64,000 nucleotides of DNA from Bacilli bacterium (GCA_022653695.1 JALCSW010000004.1:15578-79577); one strand, 5' to 3'. Counted from the stretch's first letter, positions 28,505 through 39,405 are shown. Made by a program: numbers and translations. Notes: generated by a model not told the origin, from the sequence alone.

Positions 28505-30121
28505 ATGTCACTTTTAAAAATCGGCGAGATCGCCCGCGAGGCGGGAATCCCTGGCGAATATGTGGAGCCATACGGCTTCTACAAGGCCAAGATCGACACG
28601 AAAATCAACGAAAAGCTCAAAAACAGAAACGACGGGAAGCTCGTTTTGGTGACCGCCATCACGCCGACGAAGGCGGGCGAAGGGAAAACCACGACATCCA
28701 TCGCCTTGGCCGAGGGTTTTGGGAAGATCGGCCAAAAAGCGCTCCTATGCCTTCGCGAGCCGGCCCTCGGCCCGGTCTTTGGCATCAAGGGCGGCGCCAC
28801 GGGGGGCGGGCTGGCCTCCGTGGCCCCATCCGAGGACATCAATCTGCATTTCACGGGCGACATGCATGCGCTCACGAGCAGCATCAACCTCGTTTCGGCC
28901 GTCATCGACAACTCGATCTACCAAGGGAATCCCCTTCGCATCGATCCCGACCGCATCGTTTGGAAACGGGCGATGGACATGAACGACCGGGCCCTTCGCG
29001 AGATCACGGTCGCCCAGGGCGCCAAGAATGGGCTCGCGCGCCAGGACGGTTTCATCATCACCGTCGCGAGCGAGATGATGGCCATCATGTGCCTGGCCCG
29101 GGACAACGAGGATTTCCTCGCGCGCCTTGAGAAGATCATCGTGGCTTATGACCTCGACGGGAAGCCGCTCACCATCAAGGACCTTCGTCTCACCCATGCG
29201 ATCATGAAACTCATGAAGGAGGCCCTTAAGCCGAACCTCGTCCAAACGTTGGAGAACAATCCCGTCCTTATCCATGGCGGGCCCTTCGCCAACATCGCCC
29301 ACGGGTGCAACAGCCTAATCGCGACCAAGATGGCTCTTAAGCTCGCCCCGATCGTCGTCACGGAAGCGGGCTTCGCCGCCGATCTCGGCGCCGAGAAGTT
29401 CCTTGACATCGCTTGCCGCGAAGGGGCGATGCACTGCGATTTGGCCGTTGTGGTCGCCACCGTCCGCGCCCTGAAGATGCACGGGGGGGTGCCCTTCGAG
29501 GATCTTGCTAGCGAGAACCTCGACGCCCTCGCCAAAGGCATGCCGAACCTTGAGACGCATCTTGAGAACGTCAAGAAATACGGCGTTCCGGTCATCGTCG
29601 CCATCAACCATTTCGCGAGCGACAGCGAAAAGGAAATCGCCTACATCGAGAAATGGTGCGACGAGCGCCACTACGAATACTCGTTCCTCGACGGTTTCGC
29701 CAAAGGCGGGGAAGGGGCGGAGGATTTGGCCAGGAAGGTTCAGTTCATGCTGGCCAACGTCCAAAGCGATTATCACCCGATTTACGACCTCAAAGCGCCT
29801 CTGAAGCGGAAAATCGAGACCATTTGCAAAGAGATTTACCGCGCGGGCGATGTCGTTTATGAGCCCAAAGCGGATGAGCAGTTGGCCCTTTACGAGAAGA
29901 TGGGGTTCGGCGACGCCTACGTTTGCATGGCCAAGACCCCGCAATCGCTGACCGACAACCCGAAGGTTTTGGGCGCCCCGCGCGGATTCACCGTCACCAT
30001 CCGCGAGGCCAACCTTTCGGCCGGGGCGAATTTCGTGGTCCCTCTTACCGGCGCCATCATGACCATGCCTGGCCTTCCGAAGCTTCCTTCGGCCGTGAAA
30101 ATGGAGGATGAGCCATGGTAG
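28505..30121 (+). CDS. fhs: Formate--tetrahydrofolate ligase
   Basis: TPTKAGEGKTT, GIKGGATGGG, HGGPFANIAHG, MTMPGLP. Confidence 0.97.
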   Translation: MSLLKIGEIAREAGIPGEYVEPYGFYKAKIDTKINEKLKNRNDGKLVLVTAITPTKAGEGKTTTSIALAEGFGKIGQKALLCLREPALGPVFGIKGGATGGGLASVAPSEDINLHFTGDMHALTSSINLVSAVIDNSIYQGNPLRIDPDRIVWKRAMDMNDRALREITVAQGAKNGLARQDGFIITVASEMMAIMCLARDNEDFLARLEKIIVAYDLDGKPLTIKDLRLTHAIMKLMKEALKPNLVQTLENNPVLIHGGPFANIAHGCNSLIATKMALKLAPIVVTEAGFAADLGAEKFLDIACREGAMHCDLAVVVATVRALKMHGGVPFEDLASENLDALAKGMPNLETHLENVKKYGVPVIVAINHFASDSEKEIAYIEKWCDERHYEYSFLDGFAKGGEGAEDLARKVQFMLANVQSDYHPIYDLKAPLKRKIETICKEIYRAGDVVYEPKADEQLALYEKMGFGDAYVCMAKTPQSLTDNPKVLGAPRGFTVTIREANLSAGANFVVPLTGAIMTMPGLPKLPSAVKMEDEPW

Positions 30122-30348
30122 GGGCCGCCCCCGTTTACACGCTCTTCGATGAGGTGGAGATGAAGCGGCCCCATCCCTGCTCGAGCCGTTCCAAGCGGTT
30201 TCAGATCGTGCGGCTTGGGGCGGATATCAAGATCCGCTGCCTTGGCTGCGGGAATGTCTTGATGATCGACCGCGACGCCTTCAACCACAAATTGAAGCGG
30301 ATCGTGGCCCATCACGAAGGACCCCTGCGGGTTTTGGGTCCGAAATGA
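30115..30348 (+). CDS. DUF951 family protein
   Basis: MKRPHPC...RLGADIKIRCLGCG. Confidence 0.85.
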   Translation: MVGAAPVYTLFDEVEMKRPHPCSSRSKRFQIVRLGADIKIRCLGCGNVLMIDRDAFNHKLKRIVAHHEGPLRVLGPK

Positions 30349-30384
30349 AACGAAGGCCCTATCCATTAGTGGAAGGGCCTTTTC

Positions 30385-32460
30385 TTGTTCATCGCTAAAA
30401 ACATCGGAAAAAAATACGTTTCGGCGGCCGGAGAGAAGTGGGCTCTGCGGCATGTCGGTTTCGTTTTGCCCGATCGCGGCCTCGTCGCCATCCGCGGCGA
30501 GAGCGGATCCGGCAAAAGCACCCTCCTCAATATCCTGGCTTCTTTGGAACGGCCGAGCGAAGGGTCCGTTTTCTTTAACGGGATCGACCTTGGGCGAATG
30601 GGCGAAAGGAATTCGGCGGATCTGCGCAACGAAAGGTTCGGCTTCCTTTTCCAGCATTTCAACCTTTTGGAAGGGCAAACCGCCCTCTATAACGTGATGC
30701 TGCCCCTTCTTATCCGGGGCGCGAGGGGCGGCGAGGCGAAAAAGAAGGCCGATGCCCTTTTCTCCCGCTTCAGGATGGAGGCTTTGGCGCTTAAAAAGGC
30801 GGGGGTCCTCTCCGGGGGCGAGAAACAGAGGGTGGCCCTTTTGCGTTCCCTCATCGGCGAGCCACTCGCGCTCTTCGCCGACGAGCCGACCGGGGCCCTA
30901 GATAAAAAGAACGAGTCGTTGGTCATGGAGGCCTTATCGAAAATCGGACGCTCCCGCCTCGTTGTCCTCGTGAGCCACAACGAGCGTTTGATCGCCCGTT
31001 ACGGGGATCGTGTCTTGACTTTGGCCGATGGGGTCCTCAAGGCGGATACGGGATCGGCCTTCCTTGCCAAAACCCCTCAGGCGCCCTTAAAGGCGAAACG
31101 AAGCCGTTCGGGCCGATGGAAGAAGGCGCTTTTAAAGGCCGATTTTGAGAAAAACGCCGGCAAAAACCTCCTGTCTTTCGTCTCCGAAACCATTGGTTTC
31201 ATTTCTGTTCTCCTATCCCTTTCCTTCGTCTATGGCAGTCAAAACTCGCTAAAAAAAGAAAAGCGGAAAAGCCTTCTTTATTACCAATGCTCCCTTAGCG
31301 AAAAATACGCTTACGCCATACCGGGCTCCCCCCTTAAGCTCACCAAGAGCGAACGTCCGGACCGCGAAAAGGCAAACGATGTCTTCGCGGAGGTCCCTTC
31401 CGTCTCTATCGAGAACGACTACTCGTTTTTCCTTCCCCCGTATTCTTCCTTTTGCGTTGACGGGGAGACCCACGATCCCGCCTCGATAAACCCCGTTTTC
31501 GACATCACCCTCGACGAACTGGGACGCGAAATGGTCGTCGATGGCCGCCCTTCGCCAAGCAACGATTTCTCAACCTGTCTGGTCAATAAGGAATTGGCCG
31601 ATCTATTCTCCTTTTCCATCGTCGGGAGGACGATCACCCTTGCCCATGAGGTTTCCGTGGTGGCCTATGGGGTTAGTGAGGATCTCACGTTCTCCTATTC
31701 GTTTCTAGTGGCGGGGGTGGTCAAGGAATTCTCGTTTCTCAACGCCCCTCGGATTTATTATTCGTATCCGGCGGCCCGTTCTTTTTTCCGCCGTTTCCCT
31801 CTTCCGGAAATCAGTGCGGCTTCGGGGCGGGAGCTCAGCGTCGACGATCTCGTCGGCGAGGCTCTCGGCGACGAGGCCTACGCCAACTATTCGTTTCTGT
31901 GCTTCGCCCATAGCGACGCGGACGCCGACGGCCTTCGCCGCGTTCAGGATCGGCTTGAGGCTGAGGGGTCCTCCTGCCAGATCGCGAACGCGGTTTACGA
32001 AGTCGAGAAAGGTTTCTCCTCCTTAAGATCCGCCATCGACGATTCGATGATTCCGTTTTTGCTCATCGAAGGGCTGGCCGTGGTCTTTATCATCGGGGCG
32101 ATCGCCTATTCGACCGTCATTATGAGCCGGAAAGAATCGGCGATCCTCCGTTCGCTAGGGGCCCATTCGAGCGAAGTGGCCTCGATTTACGATTTCGAAT
32201 GTCTGTTCGTGAGTGTAGGCGCCTCCGTCTTCGCCTTGGCTTTTTTGCCCGTTCTGGAACGGATCCTCAATCCGTTTTTGGAGGCCAAAACGGGCATGGA
32301 GAACCTTCTCTCATTATCTTACGGCGTCGTTTTCGGAATTCCGTTTCTCGTTGTTTTTGCGCTAATTATCCTGGCCGTGGCGTTGACGTTTCTGGGGGTT
32401 GGATTTCCCCTTTTGGCAGCCAAGCGGATGCCAATCGCGGAAAGCCTGAGAGACGAGTGA
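30385..32460 (+). CDS. MacB-like ABC transporter, ATPase-permease fusion
   Basis: GESGSGKST, LSGGEKQR, DEPTGALD; C-terminal FtsX-like TM region (RKESAILRSLG); TTG start uncertain. Confidence 0.85.
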   Translation: MFIAKNIGKKYVSAAGEKWALRHVGFVLPDRGLVAIRGESGSGKSTLLNILASLERPSEGSVFFNGIDLGRMGERNSADLRNERFGFLFQHFNLLEGQTALYNVMLPLLIRGARGGEAKKKADALFSRFRMEALALKKAGVLSGGEKQRVALLRSLIGEPLALFADEPTGALDKKNESLVMEALSKIGRSRLVVLVSHNERLIARYGDRVLTLADGVLKADTGSAFLAKTPQAPLKAKRSRSGRWKKALLKADFEKNAGKNLLSFVSETIGFISVLLSLSFVYGSQNSLKKEKRKSLLYYQCSLSEKYAYAIPGSPLKLTKSERPDREKANDVFAEVPSVSIENDYSFFLPPYSSFCVDGETHDPASINPVFDITLDELGREMVVDGRPSPSNDFSTCLVNKELADLFSFSIVGRTITLAHEVSVVAYGVSEDLTFSYSFLVAGVVKEFSFLNAPRIYYSYPAARSFFRRFPLPEISAASGRELSVDDLVGEALGDEAYANYSFLCFAHSDADADGLRRVQDRLEAEGSSCQIANAVYEVEKGFSSLRSAIDDSMIPFLLIEGLAVVFIIGAIAYSTVIMSRKESAILRSLGAHSSEVASIYDFECLFVSVGASVFALAFLPVLERILNPFLEAKTGMENLLSLSYGVVFGIPFLVVFALIILAVALTFLGVGFPLLAAKRMPIAESLRDE

Positions 32461-35243
32461 TCGCGGTTTCGCTAGGGAACCTCTCCAAGCGGTACGGGAA
32501 GCGGATCCTATATGAAAAGGCGAATTGCGCCTTTCCTTCGAAAGGCCTTGTCGCCATCGTCGGCGATTCCGGAAGCGGCAAGAGCACGCTTCTTGACATC
32601 ATCGCCGGAATCGATGTCGATTATGAAGGAAGAGTCATGGTCCTTGGCCACTCGCTTAAGGAAATGAGCGAGGAAGAGCGGCGCGCCTTTCGGTTGAGGC
32701 GCATCGGTTACATAAGGCAGAACTATGATTTGCTCGAACTCGAGAACGGCCTTGAAAACGTCTTGCTGCCTTTGGAGGCCATCAGCGAGGACCGGCCGGA
32801 TTTCCTGAAGCGGAAGGCCGGTTGCCTTCTCGATTCGCTTGATATCGGCGGGAAGGCCCTTCAAAAAGCCAACACCCTCTCCGGGGGAGAGAAGCAACGC
32901 GTGGCCGTCGCCAGATCCTTGATCAATGAGGCGGAGATCCTTTTGTGCGACGAACCGACGGGCGCCCTCGACGGGGCTAGCGCCGAAAAGATTTTCGCTT
33001 TGCTCTCTTCCCTCGCCCAAAAGCGGCTCGTCATTTTGGTGAGCCATGAGGAAAAGAGGATCGCCCACTACGCGGAGTGGATCCTGCGCTTAGATTCCGG
33101 AGGCCTCTTCGAGGAAAGCAAGGGGAGGGCGCCCCTTAAGGAAGAGGACTTCGCCATTCCCCGAAACGCGAATCTGAGGGAAGAGGCCTCAGTTCCCGTT
33201 TGGACATGGATTAGGCATGGGTTTCGCCTCAACAAAGCGAAGAGGCGGCGGACGGCGATAAGCCGCCTCGTCATTTCCTTTTCCCTTTTGTCGTTGGGCT
33301 TGTCGCTTTTCGTTTCCCGTGATTTAGGCGCGGAAATTTCGCGGGTGTTTTCGTCTTTGGTCGGCAGCGGATCGATGGTTATGGAATCGTCCAAAGGCTC
33401 TTCTGGCCCCTTTTCGGCGACCCCGGCTGAGGAAGCGCAGGTTCAGGCGATCGCAAAGAGGCACCCAACGTATGCGGATGGGTACGGGGTGGCCTATCTA
33501 GCGGATTTCGAAGACTTCTTCCCCGACCTCCACGAGGCCTTCATCCCCATCCGAGGGCATAAATTTCTTATCCAGGATATGGGGATTCGCACCGCGGTCG
33601 ATTATTTGTGGCTGGAGGATTCGGATAGCGCCTTCTTTCCGGAGCGGCCCGCTTTCATGGAAGAGGACGAAATCGCGCTAGGGCTGCCCTATGACACGAT
33701 GGCGGCCCTTTGTCTCAGGCTCAGCATTCTCCGTAGTTACGAATCGTTAGGAACATACCTCGCGAATCACGACGTTCCGCTCGTCTATGCGTTGGAGAAC
33801 GATTCATGGGGCTATCGCGATGAGCAGATTCTCCTCGTGCGGGCGGTCACGTCTTCGCCCCGCCCGCGCATTTATCAGACGGGGCACCTCTGGAACGCTT
33901 ACCTTTTGGAGACGAAGATGAGGTTTCCCTCTTCTTCGGTCGTCGACGATTCGGCGCCGTGGGTTTTGCGCAAGGTCTTTTACGTTCACCGGAAAGGGTC
34001 CCCTTTGGCTTTCCGCGATTTCCTTCGTTCGCGCGAAGACCTTTCCGGCTACGTTTTCGACGTCGCCCGGCGAGAGTATGCGCCGAGTCTGTTTCCGGGC
34101 GCGGCCGCGACGGACCTGAAACGCTATTACGTTTTTCTGACCGACCGGGATTCCTTGGCCTCTTCGACGGTGAAAGAGGTGGCCGCCTCCGGTTATTTCC
34201 GCGGCTTCGTCTATGGGGCCTCCGGCTCGTATTTGGCGTTCCCGGAATCCCTCATGGTGGGGTTTGCGCACCCCTTTTACGTTTCCTCCTCGAAAGAGGC
34301 CATCGATCAAGTGGTCGATTCGCGAAGCGAGCAAAGCGTCGAAGAGAGCGCGTTGGACGTCGAGATGCCCGCCGAAACGGTTATGGGCTCATATCTTAAG
34401 CCGGCCTCGACATGCCTGACGATCGCCTCCGGGTCGCCCCTTCTCTCGGGTCGGAGCCCGACATCCCTATTGGAAGTCACGCTCAGCGAAAAGCTGGATG
34501 AGCGTCTTGGCCATCCCGATTCCGTTTTCGTGGCTGGGGAAATCGCCTCGTCGGCCACATCGGCGAGAGTGAGCCGAACTTACGGCACCGCGGAATTGAA
34601 GGTCGTGGGGATTTCCAGCGATGGCGTGGAGCGGCTCGGCGTGGTCGATTCGTGGGCTTTGGATTTCTTTTCGGACGTTCTTGGAATGTCTTCTTTTTCC
34701 TTGCTTCCGAGGCAGGCGATCTTCTACGAAAAAAGCGGCGTCGACGCTTCCGATGCCCTCGAGGAGCTTGGGGAAAGACACCCCGATTGCCTTTTCAGCG
34801 ACCCTTCCTCTCGTGTGAGCCAATCCGTTTCGGCGGCCGTTTCCTACGTCGACTTGGCCCTTTATGGGGGAATGGGGGTTTGTCTAACCCTTTCCTTCCT
34901 CCTTCTTTTGGTCGTGACCATTCTCACGGTCGCCGAGAACCGGAGGGAAGGGCGCATCTTTTTTCAACTGGGGCTCTCGAAAAAGGATGCCGCGAACGCT
35001 TTTGGGGCCACCGTTTTGCTGCATCTAGCCTCCTCTTCCCTGATTGCGGCGGGGCTTTTGGTTCTCCTGGAATTCGGCGTGGACCGACTCATCAAAAGCA
35101 GCTTCTCGGTCACCGATCCCTTCGTTTTCGACTTTTGGCCCCTTGGGGCGGTTTTTCTTTCGGCCGCCCTCTCCCTCACGCTTCTGCAGACGGCCATCGG
35201 TCTCTTCGTTTTCCGCCACGATTTCCGTCGCGACGGCCGCTAG
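32457..35243 (+). CDS. MacB-like ABC transporter, ATPase-permease fusion with long extracytoplasmic region
   Basis: GDSGSGKST, LSGGEKQR, DEPTGALD; GTG overlaps the upstream TGA; three C-terminal TM segments. Confidence 0.85.
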   Translation: MIAVSLGNLSKRYGKRILYEKANCAFPSKGLVAIVGDSGSGKSTLLDIIAGIDVDYEGRVMVLGHSLKEMSEEERRAFRLRRIGYIRQNYDLLELENGLENVLLPLEAISEDRPDFLKRKAGCLLDSLDIGGKALQKANTLSGGEKQRVAVARSLINEAEILLCDEPTGALDGASAEKIFALLSSLAQKRLVILVSHEEKRIAHYAEWILRLDSGGLFEESKGRAPLKEEDFAIPRNANLREEASVPVWTWIRHGFRLNKAKRRRTAISRLVISFSLLSLGLSLFVSRDLGAEISRVFSSLVGSGSMVMESSKGSSGPFSATPAEEAQVQAIAKRHPTYADGYGVAYLADFEDFFPDLHEAFIPIRGHKFLIQDMGIRTAVDYLWLEDSDSAFFPERPAFMEEDEIALGLPYDTMAALCLRLSILRSYESLGTYLANHDVPLVYALENDSWGYRDEQILLVRAVTSSPRPRIYQTGHLWNAYLLETKMRFPSSSVVDDSAPWVLRKVFYVHRKGSPLAFRDFLRSREDLSGYVFDVARREYAPSLFPGAAATDLKRYYVFLTDRDSLASSTVKEVAASGYFRGFVYGASGSYLAFPESLMVGFAHPFYVSSSKEAIDQVVDSRSEQSVEESALDVEMPAETVMGSYLKPASTCLTIASGSPLLSGRSPTSLLEVTLSEKLDERLGHPDSVFVAGEIASSATSARVSRTYGTAELKVVGISSDGVERLGVVDSWALDFFSDVLGMSSFSLLPRQAIFYEKSGVDASDALEELGERHPDCLFSDPSSRVSQSVSAAVSYVDLALYGGMGVCLTLSFLLLLVVTILTVAENRREGRIFFQLGLSKKDAANAFGATVLLHLASSSLIAAGLLVLLEFGVDRLIKSSFSVTDPFVFDFWPLGAVFLSAALSLTLLQTAIGLFVFRHDFRRDGR

Positions 35244-35379
35244 ATTTCTTTTTATTTCTTTTCCTAATGGTTTTCCTTCTCTTTTTTCGCATTTTTTGTT
35301 AACGCATTCCGTCTATAGGTGCTATCATAACGCTCAGTTGGTTAAATAAAATTAACGAACTAGGAAGGTTAGGAGTCTC

Positions 35380-35580
35380 ATGAAGGGAACAGTTAAAATG
35401 TTCAACAAGGAGAAGGGCTACGGCTTCATTCACGGTGAAGATAACGTTGACTACTTCTTCCATTACAGTGCCTTGATCATGGATAGCTACAAGACCGCCG
35501 AGCCGGGCGAGCATGTAGAATTCGACATTCAGCAATCTGAACGTGGTCCGCGCGCTTCGAACATCAAGAAAATCGACTAA
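35380..35580 (+). CDS. Cold-shock protein
   Basis: GTVKMFNKEKGYGFI, FFHYSA. Confidence 0.96.
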   Translation: MKGTVKMFNKEKGYGFIHGEDNVDYFFHYSALIMDSYKTAEPGEHVEFDIQQSERGPRASNIKKID

Positions 35581-35604
35581 CTTAACTAGTTAAGAAGTCG
35601 CTTC

Positions 35605-35632
35605 AAGCCCCGCCGTTGCAGCGGGGCTTTTC
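35605..35632 (+). terminator. Intrinsic terminator after csp
   Basis: AAGCCCCGC...GCGGGGCTTTT. Confidence 0.8.
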
Positions 35633-35688
35633 TTGTCTTTCATTGATGGGGGCGTAGAGATATAATCTCTAAGCGAGAAGGAAGCGGA

Positions 35689-36804
35689 ATGTCACTTAAG
35701 GCCGGTATCGTCGGGTTGCCTAATGTTGGGAAGAGCACCCTTTTCAACGCGATCACGAATTCCCACGCCTTGGCGGAGAATTACCCTTTCGCCACCATCA
35801 ACCCCAACACCGGCGTCGTCATGGTGCCCGATGAGAGGCTCGATTATCTGGCTGACATGTTCCATCCGCTCCGCAAAATCAACGCGACCTTCGATTTCTA
35901 CGATATCGCCGGCCTCGTCAAAGGCGCGAGCAAAGGCGAGGGGTTGGGCAATCAGTTCTTGGCCGCCATCCGCGAATGCGACGCGATCGTCGAGGTCGTC
36001 CGCTGCTTCGACAACTCCCAGGTCCTTCGCTACAACGAAGAGCCCGTCGATCCGAAAGCCGACATCGACGTCATCAACCTCGAACTTTCGATGTCCGACC
36101 TCGATTCCGTCAACAACCGGATCGGAAAGCAGGACATCCGCTCCCGCGTGGCCCATGACAAAACCGCTCAGTACGAAATGCCGATTCTTTCCGCCCTCAA
36201 GGGCGTTCTTGAGCAGGGGATTCCGGCCCGTCTCGTCAAGGGGCTTACCCAGGAGCAGATGGACTACGCCAAAAAGAACTTCTTTTTGCTGACCACGAAA
36301 CCCATTCTCTATGTCGCCAACGTGGCCGACAGCGACTATGCCGATCTTGCCGGTTGCGCGTATTACCAGACCGTGAAGTCCATCGCCGAGAGCGAGGGCG
36401 CCCAGTGCATCCCGCTTAGCTGCGAGATCGAATGCGAGATTTCCCAAATGCCTTCCCAGAGCGACCGCAAGGAGTTTCTCGAGAGCATTGGCTGCAAGGA
36501 AAGCGGCCTTGACAAACTGGTCAAGGCTTCTTACAAACTGCTCAATCTCTCGACTTTCCTCACCTGCGGGAAAGACGAATGCCGGGCATGGACGTTCCGC
36601 AACGGCATGACCGCCCCGGAATGCGCCGGTATCATCCATAGCGATTTCCAGCGTGGCTTCATCAAGGCCGAAGTCTACGATTTCAAGGATTTGGAGGCCC
36701 TCGGAAGCGAGGCCGCCGTCAAGGAAGCGGGCAAGCTCCGCAGCGAAGGAAAGGACTATTTGATGAGGGACGGCGACGTCGTCTTCTTCAAATTCAACGT
36801 ATGA
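35689..36804 (+). CDS. ychF: Redox-regulated ATPase YchF
   Basis: GIVGLPNVGKST, DIAGLVKGASKGEGLGN, HSDFQRGFIKAE. Confidence 0.97.
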   Translation: MSLKAGIVGLPNVGKSTLFNAITNSHALAENYPFATINPNTGVVMVPDERLDYLADMFHPLRKINATFDFYDIAGLVKGASKGEGLGNQFLAAIRECDAIVEVVRCFDNSQVLRYNEEPVDPKADIDVINLELSMSDLDSVNNRIGKQDIRSRVAHDKTAQYEMPILSALKGVLEQGIPARLVKGLTQEQMDYAKKNFFLLTTKPILYVANVADSDYADLAGCAYYQTVKSIAESEGAQCIPLSCEIECEISQMPSQSDRKEFLESIGCKESGLDKLVKASYKLLNLSTFLTCGKDECRAWTFRNGMTAPECAGIIHSDFQRGFIKAEVYDFKDLEALGSEAAVKEAGKLRSEGKDYLMRDGDVVFFKFNV

Positions 36805-37286
36805 GCGATTACCGGATAGGATACGGCGAGGATATCCATCGCCTCATCGAGGGCGACCATCTTCTTTTGGCTGGCATCAGGATTCCCTTTGGCAAAACCG
36901 CTTTGGCCCATAGCGACGGCGACGTGGTTTACCACGCCGTGGCCGATGCTTTGCTCGGCTCTTTGGCCCTTGGCGACATCGGCGAGCTTTTTCCTCCTTC
37001 GGACGGGAAAACAACCGGCCTCGACAGCGCCCTCATCGTCAAAAAGGCGGTGGATCTCGTTGGCGAAAACGGTTACCGGGTCGCGAACGTCGACGTCGCG
37101 ATTCAGCTTGAGAAGCCGAATTTGGCCTTTTATAAGGCCGCGATGAGGGGCAATCTTTCAAGCCTCCTTGGCGTTCCTCTCGGCGCGGTTTCGGTCAAAG
37201 CCGGGACCAACGAAGGACTCGATGCGATTGGAAAAGGCGAGGCCGCGAAAGCCGTGGCCGTCGTTTTGGTGGAGAAAGCGCAATGA
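36801..37286 (+). CDS. ispF: 2-C-methyl-D-erythritol 2,4-cyclodiphosphate synthase
   Basis: RIGYGEDIH, HSDGDVVYHA, GDIGELFP. Confidence 0.94.
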   Translation: MSDYRIGYGEDIHRLIEGDHLLLAGIRIPFGKTALAHSDGDVVYHAVADALLGSLALGDIGELFPPSDGKTTGLDSALIVKKAVDLVGENGYRVANVDVAIQLEKPNLAFYKAAMRGNLSSLLGVPLGAVSVKAGTNEGLDAIGKGEAAKAVAVVLVEKAQ

Positions 37287-38911
37287 CAAACGAGGAACGA
37301 TTGAGGGAAGCCATTCTCGAGGCTGGCGGCAAGGCCGGTTTGGCTTTGGATGCGAAAGACGTCGTCATCGAGAACACCAAAGACCCATCGCATGGGGACT
37401 ATGCAACGAACGTCGCGCTCCGAAGCGCGCGCAGACTTGGCTTGAAGCCCCTCGATTTGGCGAAGACCCTCAAAGATGCCATCGCTTCCCCCATCATCGA
37501 GAAAAGCGAAGTGGCCGGCCCCGGTTTCATCAACTTTTTCCTTAAGAGCGTTTCTTTGGGTAGCGTCGTTTCTACGGTCATAAAAGAAGGCCGGGATTTT
37601 GGCCGCGGAGACGCCAAAAACAAAAAAATCGACGTCGAATTCGTTTCCGCCAACCCGACGGGGGACCTTCATTTGGGCCATACCAGAGGCGCGGCTCTTG
37701 GCGACGCCATCTGCAATTTGTACGCTTTCGCCGGATATGAGGTGACCCGCGAGTATTACGTCAATGACTGCGGAAACCAGGTTCAGCATCTGGGCAACTC
37801 CATCCGGGCCCGCTACCACGAGCTCTTTGGCGAGCCCTTATCGCTAGGGGACGACGATTACCACGGCCTCGACCTCATCGACATCGCGAAGTCCATCAAA
37901 GGGAAATACGGTGACAAATATCTCGTCGACGACGATGAGTCAAAGGGTTTTTTCATTCGTTTCGGCATCGACAGCGAACTCGCCAAAATCAAGAAGGACA
38001 TGGCGGACTTCAACGTCCGCTTCGACAGGTTCTCCTATGAATCGGATATCCGCAAAGGCACCACGATTGAGGACACGATCGCCGAGCTTGACAAGAAAGG
38101 TTACGTTTACAAAAAGGATGGGGCGACCTATCTGCGGACGACTTCTTTCCTTGACGACAAGGACCGACCGATCATCAAAGCCGATGGCTGCTACACGTAT
38201 TTCATGCCGGACATCTGCTACCATTACGACAAGATGAAACGCGGCTTCGATTTGGCCGTCGACCTTTTGGGGGCCGATCACCATGGCTATATCAACCGCA
38301 TGAAAAGCGCCCTCATGATGGAAGGCTATAAGAAGGATGCCCTCGAAATCGAGATTTACCAAATCGTTCGCGTCTATAAGGGCGGCGAAGAGGTCAAGAT
38401 GTCGAAGCGGACCGGCAAGGCCATCACCCATCGCGAGCTTGTCGAGGAAGTGGGGGCCGACGCCGTCCGTTACTTCTTCGTTGAGCGAAGCGGCAACACG
38501 CACCTTGATTTCAACCTTGACTTGGCTCTCTCGAAGTCAAAAGAGAATCCGGTCTATTACGCCCAGTACGCCCATGCCCGGTGCCATTCCCTTCTTCAGA
38601 TGGGGAAGAATTTCCCCATCGACGAAAGCGGTGCCCTCCTCAAGGGCGAAGGCGAGGCCCAAATTCTCAAACACTTGAGCGATTTTCCTAGTATGATAGA
38701 GGCTGCGGCTCTTGCCCGGGCCCCCTATAAAGTGGCCGGCTATATCCATGAGTTAGCCCAATCCGTGCACGAGTACTACGCTTCTACCAAAATCATCGAC
38801 GTCGCCGATCCGAAAGCGACCAGCGCCCGCCTCGGCCTCGTGAAGGCCACGATGATCGTTCTTGAGAACGCTCTCGCCATCATCGGCGTCAGCGCTCCGG
38901 ACAAAATGTGA
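37283..38911 (+). CDS. argS: Arginine--tRNA ligase
   Basis: EFVSANPTGDLHLGH, GADHHGY, KMSKR, YAQYAHAR. Confidence 0.97.
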   Translation: MTNEERLREAILEAGGKAGLALDAKDVVIENTKDPSHGDYATNVALRSARRLGLKPLDLAKTLKDAIASPIIEKSEVAGPGFINFFLKSVSLGSVVSTVIKEGRDFGRGDAKNKKIDVEFVSANPTGDLHLGHTRGAALGDAICNLYAFAGYEVTREYYVNDCGNQVQHLGNSIRARYHELFGEPLSLGDDDYHGLDLIDIAKSIKGKYGDKYLVDDDESKGFFIRFGIDSELAKIKKDMADFNVRFDRFSYESDIRKGTTIEDTIAELDKKGYVYKKDGATYLRTTSFLDDKDRPIIKADGCYTYFMPDICYHYDKMKRGFDLAVDLLGADHHGYINRMKSALMMEGYKKDALEIEIYQIVRVYKGGEEVKMSKRTGKAITHRELVEEVGADAVRYFFVERSGNTHLDFNLDLALSKSKENPVYYAQYAHARCHSLLQMGKNFPIDESGALLKGEGEAQILKHLSDFPSMIEAAALARAPYKVAGYIHELAQSVHEYYASTKIIDVADPKATSARLGLVKATMIVLENALAIIGVSAPDKM

Positions 38912-38925
38912 AAAGGAGAAAAACC

Positions 38926-39348
38926 ATGTTGAACACCAAGAGTCTGCTTGACGTCGCCTACGAGGAAATCAGCAAAGCGAAGGGCCCCGTTTCTTTTAAG
39001 GATCTCTACGAAACCATCGCCAAAGACCTTGAGATGAGCGATGAGGAAAAGAAAGAGCATGTCGGTCGTTTCTACACCGATATCAGCCTTGATGGGCATT
39101 TTGTGGCCCTTCCCGACGGAATGTGGGATTTACGGGCCAACCATACTTACGAGAAAGTCCACATCGACGTCAACGACGTCTATAGCGACGTCGAGACGAG
39201 CGATGATGACGCGGATGACCAGGCCGACGAAAAGGAATACAACGCCGCCGTCGAAGGCAAAGTGGTTTCAGACGATGAGGCGGAAGAATCCGAAGAGTCC
39301 AAGCCGGAAGTTATCAGCCCAGAGGATCTTGGCATCAAGAACGACTGA
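38926..39348 (+). CDS. rpoE: RNA polymerase delta subunit
   Basis: FYTDISLDGHF...WDLR followed by an acidic tail; argS-rpoE order. Confidence 0.9.
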   Translation: MLNTKSLLDVAYEEISKAKGPVSFKDLYETIAKDLEMSDEEKKEHVGRFYTDISLDGHFVALPDGMWDLRANHTYEKVHIDVNDVYSDVETSDDDADDQADEKEYNAAVEGKVVSDDEAEESEESKPEVISPEDLGIKND

Positions 39349-39372
39349 GCTTCCTTCGTTTGGGGGAATATG

Positions 39373-39405
39373 AAAAAGCGCGGGAAGCGAAATCCCGCGC
39401 TTTTT
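39373..39405. terminator. Bidirectional terminator
   Basis: AAAAAGCGCGGGA...TCCCGCGCTTTTT. Confidence 0.85.
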
